From NCBI GenBank assembly GCA_018401295.1, contig JAGYLJ010000003.1, forward strand, positions 3,327 to 67,326: a DNA stretch of 64,000 bases. The letters run 5' to 3'. Shown here in pieces: positions 18,205-28,856 of the stretch; the first letter of the stretch is position 1; each line of letters opens with the position of its first letter. The notes under the pieces are model-generated. The model saw only the letters and a list, made by a program, of their open reading frames with translations. It was not told the origin of the DNA and searched no databases. The translations under genes and the position numbers were made by a program. This stretch comes from a bacterium. Its GTDB lineage: Bacteria > Patescibacteriota > Minisyncoccia > Phycocordibacterales > UBA12079.

Positions 18205-18747
18205 TTATAAAGGGGTAATCTTGACCGAGATTACTCCCGGTTCAATCGCTCCGAGGAGTTTGGCAGCTGCAAAAGAAAGATCAACCTCCCTGTCGTATTT
18301 GCCATTTTTCTTGGTGTAGGGGCCGCGGTCAAGCACTTCCGCAATAATGCTCTTTGAGTTTTCCAGATTCGTTATCCGAACCTTCAAACCCAATGGAAGC
18401 GTTCGATGAGCAACCAATATTTCATTCTGGTCATAAATCTCACCATTTGCCATTCTTTTGCCGTGGAAGCCGGGACCATACCAGGAAGCTCGTCCTTTGT
18501 ATGACTTCCATTTCACATCAGGAATTACAAGTCTTTGACCTGGTTGGAGTAAAACATCCCTTACTCCCATGCCATTGGCCTTCCTTAACTGCCAAGGTAA
18601 GATCTGGTGTCGATCGGCAATCTTGTTTATTGAGTCACCGCTCTGGACCACATAGCAGGTCCGATTAATAGTGTCTCCACATACGGTGTGGTAACCAAAA
18701 ATAACCATAGATGCAACAACCAAAAATAAAAAACTTATTTTTCTCAT
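18205..18747 (-). CDS. rlpA: LysM plus RlpA-like double-psi beta-barrel protein (septal lytic transglycosylase-like), GC-rich
   Basis: YVVQSGDSINKIA (LysM) and ASWYGPGFHGKRMANGEIYDQNEILVAHRTLPLGLKVRITNLENSKSIIAEVLDRGPY (RlpA DPBB). Confidence 0.75.
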   Translation of the reverse strand: MRKISFLFLVVASMVIFGYHTVCGDTINRTCYVVQSGDSINKIADRHQILPWQLRKANGMGVRDVLLQPGQRLVIPDVKWKSYKGRASWYGPGFHGKRMANGEIYDQNEILVAHRTLPLGLKVRITNLENSKSIIAEVLDRGPYTKKNGKYDREVDLSFAAAKLLGAIEPGVISVKITPL

Positions 18748-18829
18748 TTTCTTAACCTCCTAAAAATTTAAAATAAAAGAACAACCTTTATCTTTATACA
18801 ACATTTATTTATAGAAGTCAAAAATAGGA

Positions 18830-20476
18830 CTAATGGATACCTAAATGTAATCTTTGTTTAATAGTCAAAAGAATTTCATCCACCTCCTCATTTCCTAATA
18901 ATTTAAGCACAAAAACTAAGACAATTAATCCGGTTATCCCAGACAAAAACCCTTGTAAAAATATTCCCCAAAAGGTATTGATATCAAAAACACCATTCAA
19001 TAAATTTAAAGAAAAATAGGCAAATACACCCATGACGATGGAAGCAATAAAAGTCTGTAGGAACGACTTTCTAAGAGCCGGAGAAAAACGATCAAAATCT
19101 CTCTGAAAGAAAAACCACAACAACCCAGCATTAATAAATGTTCCTAAAGAATAACTAATAGGTAAAATAAGTACATTTATATTTTTAAGGTCATCTATAC
19201 GGAAGACCATACCTATTCCATCTCTAACAAAACCCATATTAATAAAAACCCATCTTAAAGAAAAAGCTGAAACAACGATAATCACAGCAGAAAAAATACT
19301 AATTAAAACTGGCTTTATTGTTTTCCCCGCTGCATAATAACCTCTAATAAATAATAAAACTAAACTCTGACCTGTCACAGACAAAGAAAACGCAGCTAAA
19401 CAAGCAGCGGTTAATCGAGTATCGCTCCAATCAAATTTCCCTGACCCTAAAATAGTTCTAACTATCTGAGCTCTTAGGACGATAAATAAAACTAAAGCGA
19501 CTGTAGTCCAAAAAACAATATGTCGAGCGGCAGCCGTGATCTGTTGGAAAAAAAGATCAACTTGTTTATTGGAAAAAAGTTTAGCTAAAGTGGGAAAGGC
19601 TGCTACTGAATAACTAATTCCAATGATAGACAGAGGGACAGATTGCAAACTAAAGGCAAAAGTGAAAACAGAAACAGACCCTTCTCCCATGGTTGATGCT
19701 AATCCAACTAAAAATATTAAAGCAATATTATTAGCTGAAAGTGCCAGAGTTCGTGGTAAAGACAATATTATTATTTTTTTTATTTTATTGAGGTTGTGAA
19801 CAAAAGCAGGTTTAGGAATAAAACCTAAACGATAGATAGATGGTAGCTGAATAGCTAGATGCATAAAAGCCCCCAAAATAACACCCAAAACTAAACCTTT
19901 CAGCCCCCATAGAGGGTAAAAAAATATAATCCCGATTATTATTCCTAAATTATAAAAAAGAGGGCTAAGAGCATAGACAAAGAATTTCCTGTTTACCTGA
20001 ATGATACTGGTGAAAAAATTAGATAGTCCTAAAAGGACCGGCGATAACAACAAAACCCTTGATAAGCCAATCACCTGATCCATTGCCTCTAGAGAAAAAC
20101 CAACCAATATCATGGGAACTATTTTTGGTATTAAGAAGAAAGCAATTGAACAGACGATAACAATTAGGAATAGAAAGACGGAAAATATTTCACTCATAAA
20201 CATCTTTCCTTCTTTATTATTTATAGCGTCTGTCAAAAAAGGTACCAAAACTGAAACAGAGACAATTGAGGCCACTGTTATAAAAATGAAATCTGGAATA
20301 CGGAAAGCAGCATAATAAATATCTAGAGCTTCACTAGCACCAAAAGAATGAGCGAGAAGACGATCCCTAAGTAAAGCCAATAGCTGTGAAAGAAAAGCAA
20401 AAAAACCCAAAATATAAGCGGTCTGATGAAGACCGCTTATATTTTTATTTAATAAGCTAAACATACTCTTTATCAT
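18830..20476 (-). CDS. murJ: Lipid II flippase MurJ
   Basis: 14-TM MviN/MurJ pattern with LRDRLLAHSFGASEALDIYYAAFRIPD. Confidence 0.8.
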   Translation of the reverse strand: MIKSMFSLLNKNISGLHQTAYILGFFAFLSQLLALLRDRLLAHSFGASEALDIYYAAFRIPDFIFITVASIVSVSVLVPFLTDAINNKEGKMFMSEIFSVFLFLIVIVCSIAFFLIPKIVPMILVGFSLEAMDQVIGLSRVLLLSPVLLGLSNFFTSIIQVNRKFFVYALSPLFYNLGIIIGIIFFYPLWGLKGLVLGVILGAFMHLAIQLPSIYRLGFIPKPAFVHNLNKIKKIIILSLPRTLALSANNIALIFLVGLASTMGEGSVSVFTFAFSLQSVPLSIIGISYSVAAFPTLAKLFSNKQVDLFFQQITAAARHIVFWTTVALVLFIVLRAQIVRTILGSGKFDWSDTRLTAACLAAFSLSVTGQSLVLLFIRGYYAAGKTIKPVLISIFSAVIIVVSAFSLRWVFINMGFVRDGIGMVFRIDDLKNINVLILPISYSLGTFINAGLLWFFFQRDFDRFSPALRKSFLQTFIASIVMGVFAYFSLNLLNGVFDINTFWGIFLQGFLSGITGLIVLVFVLKLLGNEEVDEILLTIKQRLHLGIH

Positions 20477-20567
20477 ACTAATTGTTGTACTATTTTATCT
20501 TCATCTTAGTAACATCTCCAGTTTTTTGGATAATGGTTACAGATTTTGGATTAAAAGTTTCCGTGGG

Positions 20568-22901
20568 TTACTGTTGCTGTTCCAAACCAAATAACGGTTC
20601 CCTTCCGGCTTTAATATTTTCCAAAATAGCACCTATATTTTCGTCTTCAGGTATAGCTTGCTGTAAGGAAGTAAACAAATTAATTGCTTCTTCTGTTTTC
20701 CCAACTCCGTTATAACTTAACCCTAAAAGATAAGCAGCATCAGCAAACACTGGATTTAATTCAAGAGCCTTTTCAAAATAAGGAATTGCCTCTTCATAAT
20801 TTTGCTTATTATATTTGAAAAACCCAAGTTGTAGTTGAACTTCTGGATCATTTGGTGTTTGTACAGCGAGAGCCTCAATAATTTTAACTGCTTCTTCTTC
20901 ATTACCAGCTGCGGATTCAATTTGAGCCAATAAATAATAAGCTTCAGTGTAATTATTCTTTAACTGTATAGCTGATCCAATATAACCTTTTGCTTTCTCT
21001 ATATCTTCGTTAGCTATTTCTAAATTAGCTAATGTTAAGGCTAAAGAAGGATTAGTTGGACTTAAATTGATAGCCTCCCCATAATACTTTATTGCTTCAT
21101 CATAGGATCCCTCGATCTTTAAAGGCACAACTGACCCATAGACTTTTCCTAGTGCCAACCAATTCTGATAATTTTTTGAGTCTATACTGACTGCAATTTC
21201 AGCGTTTACCCTAGCATTAGCAAAAATTGTTTGGAATTGCTCAGCTAATACTTCCTCAGCAACATCCTCCTGTGCCAAAACTGATTGTAATTTAAGTAAG
21301 TTCATTTCAGATAATAACCTATAATATAGATCATTTTTTGAACCTTCTGCTGCCCCTACCATCAATTCCAAAGACTTATCAATATCATTCTCTGCGTTAA
21401 GAACAATCAAACTTTTCTGAACCTTCATAGAAGAACTAACCTTTTTTACAAACAGATAATAACTAAAAGCAGAAACCAAAAACAAACCGATCACCACAAT
21501 AATTAAAACGATACTTTTACCTGTTTTATTTGCTAAAGAAAATTTCTTTACCTTAACAATCTTTTCCTGATAAAGAAGAGATAGCAAAACACCAGTAAAT
21601 AAGAAGCTGAGAGCAAAAATTACAACTCCTGGAGTAGAAATGAATGAAAAGAACCATAAATAAATGGTTGCAAAAAATACCGAAAGAGTAACATAATGAT
21701 CAAATTGATTTCTACGAGATAATCCTTTAAGCAACTTAAGACCAAAATAAATTATTAACCCAAAAAATAATACCCATGAAAAGAAACCAAACAAACCAAC
21801 CGTAACAAGAGAAGACAAAACAAAATTCGCTCCAGTGTTAAAATCTAAATTCCAAAATTGTGTATTATTGATCCCAACCGGTCTACTCATTGACCATTGT
21901 TTAGAAAAACCATCAAGGCCCTTCCCAAAAATTGGGTCACTCGCTAAAGAAGCTTGAATAATATCAATTGTGCTACCAACAGAAGGCCTAACTTCTGAAT
22001 TTTGAATGTTAAACATTGATGGTAAGAAGTTACCAATTGAACCCCCAACAGATATAGTTACAACAAAAAAGAGAGAGATAACCAAAACTACCCAAGAAGC
22101 TATTGAAGTATTCTTTTTCTTAGTTTCGTGTTCTTTTTTCTTATTTGTAATGAAATTATAAATAATTAAAGCCAATGCAGCTGAAAACAGCACAAACCAA
22201 ACAGAGAGTACGTTAACGAGAGCAACAAAGAAAAGTGACCCAACCAAAGTAGCGTAGCCAACCATCTTAATAGCCTTATTATCTCTCATGAAGACAATTG
22301 TTAACAAGGATATAACAGAAATTAGACCAAAAAATACACCGAAATCACTCCAAGCACCAATTAGATTAGAAGATGTTGTATTTAAGACACCAAACGATAG
22401 AAAATCAGGTCCAAAAATAAGACGGAGAACCTGAAAAAACAACATAAAAATAGAAGAGAACAGAAGACCTGCGTATAGATAGAGAACCTTTTTCTTCTCT
22501 ATAAACAACCTAGCAGCAAGAAACATAAGCAAAAAGAATGCTAAAACCATGACAAACGAGTTTACTCCGAAATTAAATCCAAAAATAGAAGCTCTTATGG
22601 ATCCAGAAAATAGAGAGGACAGCAAATAAGAAAAAGGTACGAGCACCGCCGAAATTACAAACAAATTTTTACTAAGAGAAAAATCTTTATTTTTTAACCT
22701 TCCAAATAGCCAAGCAATTACAAGACCAAAAACAAAAGTAATCAATAATGTATTCTTACCTGCCAAAAACGAAAGAGACTGCGCTGGTATAAAAAAGATT
22801 GGTAAGAGGAAACTTAATATTGCTATTAAACCAAAAGAAAAGTTCCTTGTTAGTGTAGAATTCGCTTTCTGACTTGATATTAAATTTATTTGTTCATCCA
22901 T
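20568..22901 (-). CDS. Polytopic O-antigen-ligase/Wzy-like membrane protein with C-terminal TPR repeats
   Basis: About 450 aa of TM helices followed by about 250 aa of TPR-like helical repeats (AEAYYLLAQIESAAGNEEEAVKIIE..., YEEAIPYFEKALELNP...). Confidence 0.65.
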   Translation of the reverse strand: MDEQINLISSQKANSTLTRNFSFGLIAILSFLLPIFFIPAQSLSFLAGKNTLLITFVFGLVIAWLFGRLKNKDFSLSKNLFVISAVLVPFSYLLSSLFSGSIRASIFGFNFGVNSFVMVLAFFLLMFLAARLFIEKKKVLYLYAGLLFSSIFMLFFQVLRLIFGPDFLSFGVLNTTSSNLIGAWSDFGVFFGLISVISLLTIVFMRDNKAIKMVGYATLVGSLFFVALVNVLSVWFVLFSAALALIIYNFITNKKKEHETKKKNTSIASWVVLVISLFFVVTISVGGSIGNFLPSMFNIQNSEVRPSVGSTIDIIQASLASDPIFGKGLDGFSKQWSMSRPVGINNTQFWNLDFNTGANFVLSSLVTVGLFGFFSWVLFFGLIIYFGLKLLKGLSRRNQFDHYVTLSVFFATIYLWFFSFISTPGVVIFALSFLFTGVLLSLLYQEKIVKVKKFSLANKTGKSIVLIIVVIGLFLVSAFSYYLFVKKVSSSMKVQKSLIVLNAENDIDKSLELMVGAAEGSKNDLYYRLLSEMNLLKLQSVLAQEDVAEEVLAEQFQTIFANARVNAEIAVSIDSKNYQNWLALGKVYGSVVPLKIEGSYDEAIKYYGEAINLSPTNPSLALTLANLEIANEDIEKAKGYIGSAIQLKNNYTEAYYLLAQIESAAGNEEEAVKIIEALAVQTPNDPEVQLQLGFFKYNKQNYEEAIPYFEKALELNPVFADAAYLLGLSYNGVGKTEEAINLFTSLQQAIPEDENIGAILENIKAGREPLFGLEQQQ

Positions 22902-22996
22902 AATTATTTTTATAAATTAATAAAACGTACCATGATAATACCACATTATAAACAATTATACATTATTTTCAAACTTTCAAAAGAACGCCCGAAAGC

Positions 22997-24055
22997 CTAT
23001 CCTATCAAGGCTATAACCATGCCCATAATAGCAAAAATGATACTTATTACCCAATACCTCATGGTTACCTTGTAACTAGGCCAACCAAGGGCTTCAAAAT
23101 GATGATGAATAGGAGCAACCAAAAAAACCTTCTTACCCTTCCTCAACTTTTTAGATGATACCTGAATAACGTTAGAAATAACAGTGGCAAATAAAGGGAA
23201 AGCAATAATAGGAAGAACTAATACTTGACCAGTCAAGAACGCAACAACTGTTAAAGTTACGGTTAAAGCCAAAATTCCAGTCTCAGACATATAGAAACGT
23301 GCTGGTGGAATATTAAACCAGAGAAAAGCTAAAATACCGCCGACAATTACTGCACAAAAAGCAGCTAAGTCTATCTGATTTTGAAAAAATGCGATTCCAG
23401 CGTAAGCTGAAAAAATAGTAGCCATTACACCACCTGAAAGACCATCGATTCCATCGATTACTCCACTGGCAAATAAAGATAACATCACCATCATAAAAAA
23501 AGGAATAAATAAAATCCCTAAATACCATTCCCCCAAGAAAGGGACTATAACGCTAGCAACATCCAACTTAAAATAAAACCAAACAGCCCCAATAAAAGCA
23601 ATCCACAAAACAGTCAAAATCCTTGTCCTTAAAGGTAAGCCACCGGCAATATACTTACCTCGTCCAGAAACTACTAAGAAGTCATCGAATAAACCAACCA
23701 AAGCCCCCGCTATTAGTGTAAATAAAGGCAACCATGTTTGGCCGCGGCTCATAAAATCCATTTTCTGGGAGAATTCTGTTGGAAATAACCAAGAGATAAG
23801 CCAAAAAACAGAGATTGTAAAAAGTACACTGAACCAAATAACTACCCCACCCATTCTAGGAGTATTGGTGTCCCTTTCTTTATGTAATTTATTAAAAATT
23901 GGAGTTCCTCCTCCTCCCAATCCAGCCGCATTACCTGACTTTTTCTTCCACATTTTATGTTTATACAAAAAATGAGTCAGAATTGGACTAAAAGCTAAAC
24001 CAGCAAAGAAAGAAATTATCCATGGGACGAAAATTTTAACTACGTTAAGAATCAT
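22997..24055 (-). CDS. mraY: Phospho-N-acetylmuramoyl-pentapeptide transferase
   Basis: GIDGLSGG and APIHHHFEALGW motifs in a 10-TM protein; stop overlaps the next gene by 4 nt. Confidence 0.8.
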   Translation of the reverse strand: MILNVVKIFVPWIISFFAGLAFSPILTHFLYKHKMWKKKSGNAAGLGGGGTPIFNKLHKERDTNTPRMGGVVIWFSVLFTISVFWLISWLFPTEFSQKMDFMSRGQTWLPLFTLIAGALVGLFDDFLVVSGRGKYIAGGLPLRTRILTVLWIAFIGAVWFYFKLDVASVIVPFLGEWYLGILFIPFFMMVMLSLFASGVIDGIDGLSGGVMATIFSAYAGIAFFQNQIDLAAFCAVIVGGILAFLWFNIPPARFYMSETGILALTVTLTVVAFLTGQVLVLPIIAFPLFATVISNVIQVSSKKLRKGKKVFLVAPIHHHFEALGWPSYKVTMRYWVISIIFAIMGMVIALIG

Positions 24056-25026
24056 AATGCTTGATTTTCATTAAAAATTTTTTCTAAAGTCGCCCAAACT
24101 AACTGATCCATATCACTAAACCTCTCATCTTTAGTAGAACCTAAAACTGATATCGCTATTTTATGATTTATTCCAGCATCAAAAACAACCATCAAATTTC
24201 CACCGGCCAAATCGGTAAACCCAGTTTTAGAAGCTACAACGTTTGGTAGATTTTCAACCTCTGAATTAGTATTCTCAATCCTATGAGTCATAATATCCGA
24301 ATTCACTTCAGCTTGCTTGTAAGAACTGAGACTAAGTAGTTCTGGATAATCCTGCATGATTTTATCTACTAAAATAGTCACATCTTTGGCCGAACCATAA
24401 GCGCCACTCACAGTTTCATTTATATCCAAACCAGTTTCATTCAGAAAGAAAGATTGTTCCATTCCTAATTGATTAACTTTGTCATTCATTCTCTTAATAA
24501 ACAATTCCCCTTCATCCTTATTACTTAAACTGGATTCAAAAGCGCCAATAACAGAAGCTAAGGCCTGTGCTCCATCATTAGACGATGTTAATAGTACAAA
24601 ATCAATAATATCAGAAAATTTCCATTTTTCTCCAGCCACTAAACCATTATCACCATCCGCGTTTAGATCATCTTGATTAATTTTTACAATTGTCTCTGGA
24701 GTAGAAATTTCAGAGGCTACTAAAACTGTCATCAATTTTGCTAAAGAAGCTAAAGGAAATTGCATCTCCTCATTCAAACCTCCTAACATTTTTTTATCCC
24801 TAATGTCCCAGATAAAAAATGATTTGGCTGACAAGGATAAATCATCGAAAGAATCATCCGCCTTTTTCCTAGGTTCCAATATTTCATCTCTAACAAAAAG
24901 AGAATCTTGATATTGTGAATTAAAATAAAAAGCAGTTTTAAAGGCTAAAAAAAACACTACAGAAAAAAACAGCACTACCACCCCAACTTTTATATTCCCT
25001 TTTGTGATTTTTAAATCTAAATTCAT
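24052..25026 (-). CDS. Serine-type D-Ala-D-Ala carboxypeptidase (peptidase S11 / PBP5-like)
   Basis: SLAKLMT (SxxK), SSN (SxN) and KTGFTDLAG (KTG). Confidence 0.75.
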   Translation of the reverse strand: MNLDLKITKGNIKVGVVVLFFSVVFFLAFKTAFYFNSQYQDSLFVRDEILEPRKKADDSFDDLSLSAKSFFIWDIRDKKMLGGLNEEMQFPLASLAKLMTVLVASEISTPETIVKINQDDLNADGDNGLVAGEKWKFSDIIDFVLLTSSNDGAQALASVIGAFESSLSNKDEGELFIKRMNDKVNQLGMEQSFFLNETGLDINETVSGAYGSAKDVTILVDKIMQDYPELLSLSSYKQAEVNSDIMTHRIENTNSEVENLPNVVASKTGFTDLAGGNLMVVFDAGINHKIAISVLGSTKDERFSDMDQLVWATLEKIFNENQAL

Positions 25027-25034
25027 TTTATTTT

Positions 25035-25628
25035 TTAATTTGATACCTCCTCCTGATTCATCTCAAATTCTTCCTCAATAGATTCCTCATTATTCGTTAA
25101 ATTTGATGAATTAAAATCTTCTATCTCTTTTTGAATTTTATCATATTCAGGTAAATCTTTCACTTTAGAAACACCTAGAAATGACAACAACTCAAATGTG
25201 GGCTTATATAAATAACTCCTCTGGTCATCTGGGTTAGAAACTTTCTCTATTAAACCACGAATAAGCAAATTCCTTAAAATAAAATTTGAGTTAACTCCTC
25301 TTAAATAATCTATCCTAGATCTAGTAATAGGTGCTTTATAAAGAATAATCGACAAAGTTTCAAGACCTGCTTTTCCCAAATCTCTTGATAATTCTTCTTT
25401 TCTTATTTTTTCAATAATACTAGACATCTCAGGAGAAGTAGCTAACATGACATCATCTTCTTTAGACAAAAGCACTACCCCTCTGGTTTCCAACCTTTCT
25501 TCCAGGACAAACAAAGCATTTTCTATTTCTTCTAGGCTTTTTTCTAGGATCTTTGCCAACTCTTTTTTAGATACAGGTTCTGATCTAAGAAATAAAATTG
25601 CCTCGATTTGTGAATCTAAAGTTAACAT
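25035..25628 (-). CDS. scpB: Segregation and condensation protein B
   Basis: EAILFLRSEPVSKKELAKIL...DYLRGVNSNFILRNLLIRGLIE winged helices. Confidence 0.75.
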   Translation of the reverse strand: MLTLDSQIEAILFLRSEPVSKKELAKILEKSLEEIENALFVLEERLETRGVVLLSKEDDVMLATSPEMSSIIEKIRKEELSRDLGKAGLETLSIILYKAPITRSRIDYLRGVNSNFILRNLLIRGLIEKVSNPDDQRSYLYKPTFELLSFLGVSKVKDLPEYDKIQKEIEDFNSSNLTNNEESIEEEFEMNQEEVSN

Positions 25629-25722
25629 AATAAAAAATTTAAAACTTAATTATAATTTCAAGTGAGGATTTGTAAAAACGATTATGTTAATAATATGTTT
25701 TTACATAATCCGAACGCAGGAA

Positions 25723-26487
25723 TTATGTACTTTGCATATAATTTGGAATTCCAAGGTCCTGAGTTTCCATTTCTATATCACTAAATTGATAAGCCTGTCT
25801 AACCACAATGGAACCTTGTTTTACTAATTCTAACATTGCTAAAAAACTAACTACAACATTTATCCTATCTTTCTTGGTAAGTTCACTAAGACCCTGTAAA
25901 CCAGAAAATTTATTAAAACTCATACTTAATGATCCCTTAATTCGTTCTGTCAAATTCTCAATCATTTTTTCTAAAGAAATTACTTTCTCAACCAATACTT
26001 TCGGAGTTTTAATCTCTTTAGGTAAATTATTTAAAACATTATTTATTAATGAATGCAGAAAAGAAATTTCTGTGTTCTTATCTGGTGAAAAAACTGGTTG
26101 AATATTCTTTTCTGGCTGACGGAAAAAACTAACCTTTTTTCCAAACATATCTTTAACATAAAGACTCAATCTTTTTATTTCTTGATATTCTTTTAAACGC
26201 TTTTCAAGATCATCTATGCTCTGTTCCTCTTCAGTTGTCAAATCTAAAGTCGGCAATAAAGATTTCGATTTAATAAGCATCAAAATTGAAGCTGTTAAAA
26301 CAAAATCAACTGAATTTTTTATAGAAAATTTCTCTATTTTTTTTAGATATTCAATGTAATCATCCGTAATTTTTAACAAAGATATATCACAAATATGTAA
26401 TTTTCTTTTCTCAATTAAATGTAGAAGTAAGTCAAGAGGCCCTTGAAAAATCTCAATCTCAACTTTATAATTTTCATCACCTAACAT
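25723..26487 (-). CDS. scpA: Segregation and condensation protein A
   Basis: FQGPLDLLLHLIEKRKLHICDISLLKITDDYIEYLK is the ScpA N-terminus. Confidence 0.75.
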   Translation of the reverse strand: MLGDENYKVEIEIFQGPLDLLLHLIEKRKLHICDISLLKITDDYIEYLKKIEKFSIKNSVDFVLTASILMLIKSKSLLPTLDLTTEEEQSIDDLEKRLKEYQEIKRLSLYVKDMFGKKVSFFRQPEKNIQPVFSPDKNTEISFLHSLINNVLNNLPKEIKTPKVLVEKVISLEKMIENLTERIKGSLSMSFNKFSGLQGLSELTKKDRINVVVSFLAMLELVKQGSIVVRQAYQFSDIEMETQDLGIPNYMQST

Positions 26488-26734
26488 TTTTATATACTAT
26501 ACCATATTTTCTTCGGAAACATAAAATGACCAGCCCTTTTGTGTTATTAATAAGTCTTTCACTTATGGGAAAAAATACAAATGAAAAACACCGTCCGAAG
26601 ACGATGTTTTTCAATGTACTTAAATTTTAGCAAGCTAAAATTCAAGTACGATTACTATATTAACAAATACATTCTAAAAGTCAAGTAATTTTTTGAACCG
26701 TTGTGGAAAACCCAGAAAAACCTTATATTATAAA

Positions 26735-28399
26735 CTACATTTCATCCCCCCCTCCGTTTCCTGCTGACGCTTTTGATTCATTTTTAGGTTCATCAGCTAT
26801 TGCTACTTCTGTTGTCAACAAGATTCCAGCCGAAGAAGCCGCATTTTGAATACCACTTCTAGCGACTTTAACAGGGTCAATTATTCCTACCAAAATCATG
26901 TCATTGATTATCATATCACTATTAGCATCGTAACCAGCACCATCTTTTGCTTTTTTTACGTCATTGACAATAACAGAGCCGTCTTCTTTACCAGCATTGA
27001 TTGCTATTTGCTTTAGAGGAGCTTCTAGAGCCCTCAGTAAGAGGTTAAAACCAACTTGAAACTCTTCTTCAAAATGTTTTAAAGTTGACTTAAAACTCTT
27101 TTTACTTATTTTATCAGCAATCTTTACAAGAGCAGAACCACCCCCTGGGATAATACCCTCCTCTATAGCCGCTTTGGTTGCATTAACAGCATCTTCTATT
27201 TTTAATTTCAGATACTTCATTTCAGTTTCAGTAGAAGCTCCCACTTTTATAACAGCTACCCCCCCAGATAATTTTGCGATCCTTTCTTCAATTTTTTCAG
27301 AATCAAATTTAGAAGAAGATGATTTTAATTGTTTTTTCAACTGGTTAACACGATTTTCAATTTCTATTTTTTTGCCCCTTCCTCCAACGATAATTGTTTT
27401 TTCTTTAGTAGAAATAACTTTATTAGCTTGGCCTAGAACTTCCAATCCTGCTTTTTCTAATTTCAAACCTAATTCTCCAGTTACCACTTTAGCTCCAATG
27501 GTGACAGCAATGTCTTCTAGAATCTCTTTTCTTCTTTCCCCATACTCAGGAGCTTTAATTGCTAGGACATTGAAAGAACCTCTTAATTTATTTAAAACAA
27601 AAGTCGTCAAAGCTTCTCCATCAACATCCTCAGCAATGACCACTAAATCCTTTTTACCAGCTTCCGCCATCTTTTCTAGAAAAGGTAGGATCTCCTTAAC
27701 TGAAGATATTTTTTTATCAGTTAATAAAATTGATGGATTTCTAAATTCAGCTTCCATCCTTTCTGTATCAGTTAACATATAAGGAGAAATATAACCCCTT
27801 CCAAACTCCATACCTTCTACTACTTCTGAATCAACACCAAAAGACTGAGATTCTTCCACAGTAACAACGCCGTCCTTTCCTACCTTATTCACAGTATCAG
27901 CAATGATTTTACCAATTTTTTCTGACTCAGCGGAAATAGTAGCTACTTGTCTTATCTCCTCTATATTAGTAATGGACTTTGCCATATTTTTCAATTCTTT
28001 TACGACCTCTTCTGTGGCTCTATCTATTCCAGCTTTTATCCCCATGGCGTTGACCCCCAACACTACTTTTTTCATCCCCTCTTCTATCAAACTTTGAGCA
28101 ATTATAATAGAAGTAGTAGTCCCATCCCCAGCCAAATCATTAGTCTTAGAAGCAACCTCCTTCATAATTTCTGCTCCCATATTTTCAAATTTATTTGATA
28201 ACGAAATATCTCTAGCAATAGTCACCCCATCATTGGTGATAACAGGACTACCATATCCTTTATCTAAAACAACGTTTTTGCCTCTTGGCCCAATTGTTAT
28301 TTTTACTGCATCAGCAACCTTATCTATTCCTCTTTTTAAAGCTTCTCTAGCTACTTGATTGAAAATAATTTGTTTTGACATAATTTTGTATTTAGTCAA
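26735..28399 (-). CDS. groEL: Chaperonin GroEL
   Basis: Full-length Cpn60 (AGDGTTTSII..., PGGGSALV...) ending in a GGM-type tail (GNGGGDEM). Confidence 0.95.
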   Translation of the reverse strand: MTKYKIMSKQIIFNQVAREALKRGIDKVADAVKITIGPRGKNVVLDKGYGSPVITNDGVTIARDISLSNKFENMGAEIMKEVASKTNDLAGDGTTTSIIIAQSLIEEGMKKVVLGVNAMGIKAGIDRATEEVVKELKNMAKSITNIEEIRQVATISAESEKIGKIIADTVNKVGKDGVVTVEESQSFGVDSEVVEGMEFGRGYISPYMLTDTERMEAEFRNPSILLTDKKISSVKEILPFLEKMAEAGKKDLVVIAEDVDGEALTTFVLNKLRGSFNVLAIKAPEYGERRKEILEDIAVTIGAKVVTGELGLKLEKAGLEVLGQANKVISTKEKTIIVGGRGKKIEIENRVNQLKKQLKSSSSKFDSEKIEERIAKLSGGVAVIKVGASTETEMKYLKLKIEDAVNATKAAIEEGIIPGGGSALVKIADKISKKSFKSTLKHFEEEFQVGFNLLLRALEAPLKQIAINAGKEDGSVIVNDVKKAKDGAGYDANSDMIINDMILVGIIDPVKVARSGIQNAASSAGILLTTEVAIADEPKNESKASAGNGGGDEM

Positions 28400-28487
28400 A
28401 AGTCTGTAAAGTCGAAAGTCGAAAGTGAAAAATTGGCGAAGCCAATTTTTTGACTTTATGGACTTTATAAACTTTATAAACTTTTAA
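28400..28487 (-). promoter_or_regulatory. Composite leader/operator-like element immediately upstream of groEL: 3x ATAAAGT(C) repeats, then the hairpin AAAATTGGC-TTC-GCCAATTTT, then 4x GACTTT repeats
   Basis: Read directly. Near-identical architecture and sequence to the element upstream of groES, right up to the start-codon context ACTAAA..TATG. Confidence 0.45.
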
Positions 28488-28856
28488 CTACTTTATAATT
28501 GCTAATATATTTTCCTCTTTCAAAATGAAATACTCTTTATCTTTTAATTTTATTTCTTCAAATCCATACCTCGAAAACATCACTTTGTCGCCCACTTTAA
28601 CTGTCATAGGGTTTAGTTTTCCATCATCGTATTTCCCTTCCCCTACAGCTACAACTACACCCTGATCTTTAACTTTATCTTCATCTCTATTTTCAGGAAG
28701 AATAATTCCAAAGTTAGACTTTCTTTCTAATTCTGTCTCTGTCAATGGCCTAATCAAAACTCTATCGGCTAAAGGTATAATAACGTTTACCTTTTCTTCC
28801 TTGGATACTTCTTTTATTTTCACAACCTTCTTTTTTGTTGTTTTCTTTTTAGGCAT
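28488..28856 (-). CDS. groES: Co-chaperonin GroES with a Lys-rich N-terminal extension of about 25 aa
   Basis: IIPLADRVLIRP...GIILPE...GEGKYDDGK...VMFSRYGFEEIKL. Confidence 0.9.
   Translation of the reverse strand: MPKKKTTKKKVVKIKEVSKEEKVNVIIPLADRVLIRPLTETELERKSNFGIILPENRDEDKVKDQGVVVAVGEGKYDDGKLNPMTVKVGDKVMFSRYGFEEIKLKDKEYFILKEENILAIIK

Noticed and set aside
27174-28198. Three + strand ORFs (202, 64 and 83 aa) inside groEL
   Set aside because: Antisense to an unambiguous GroEL; low-complexity translation.
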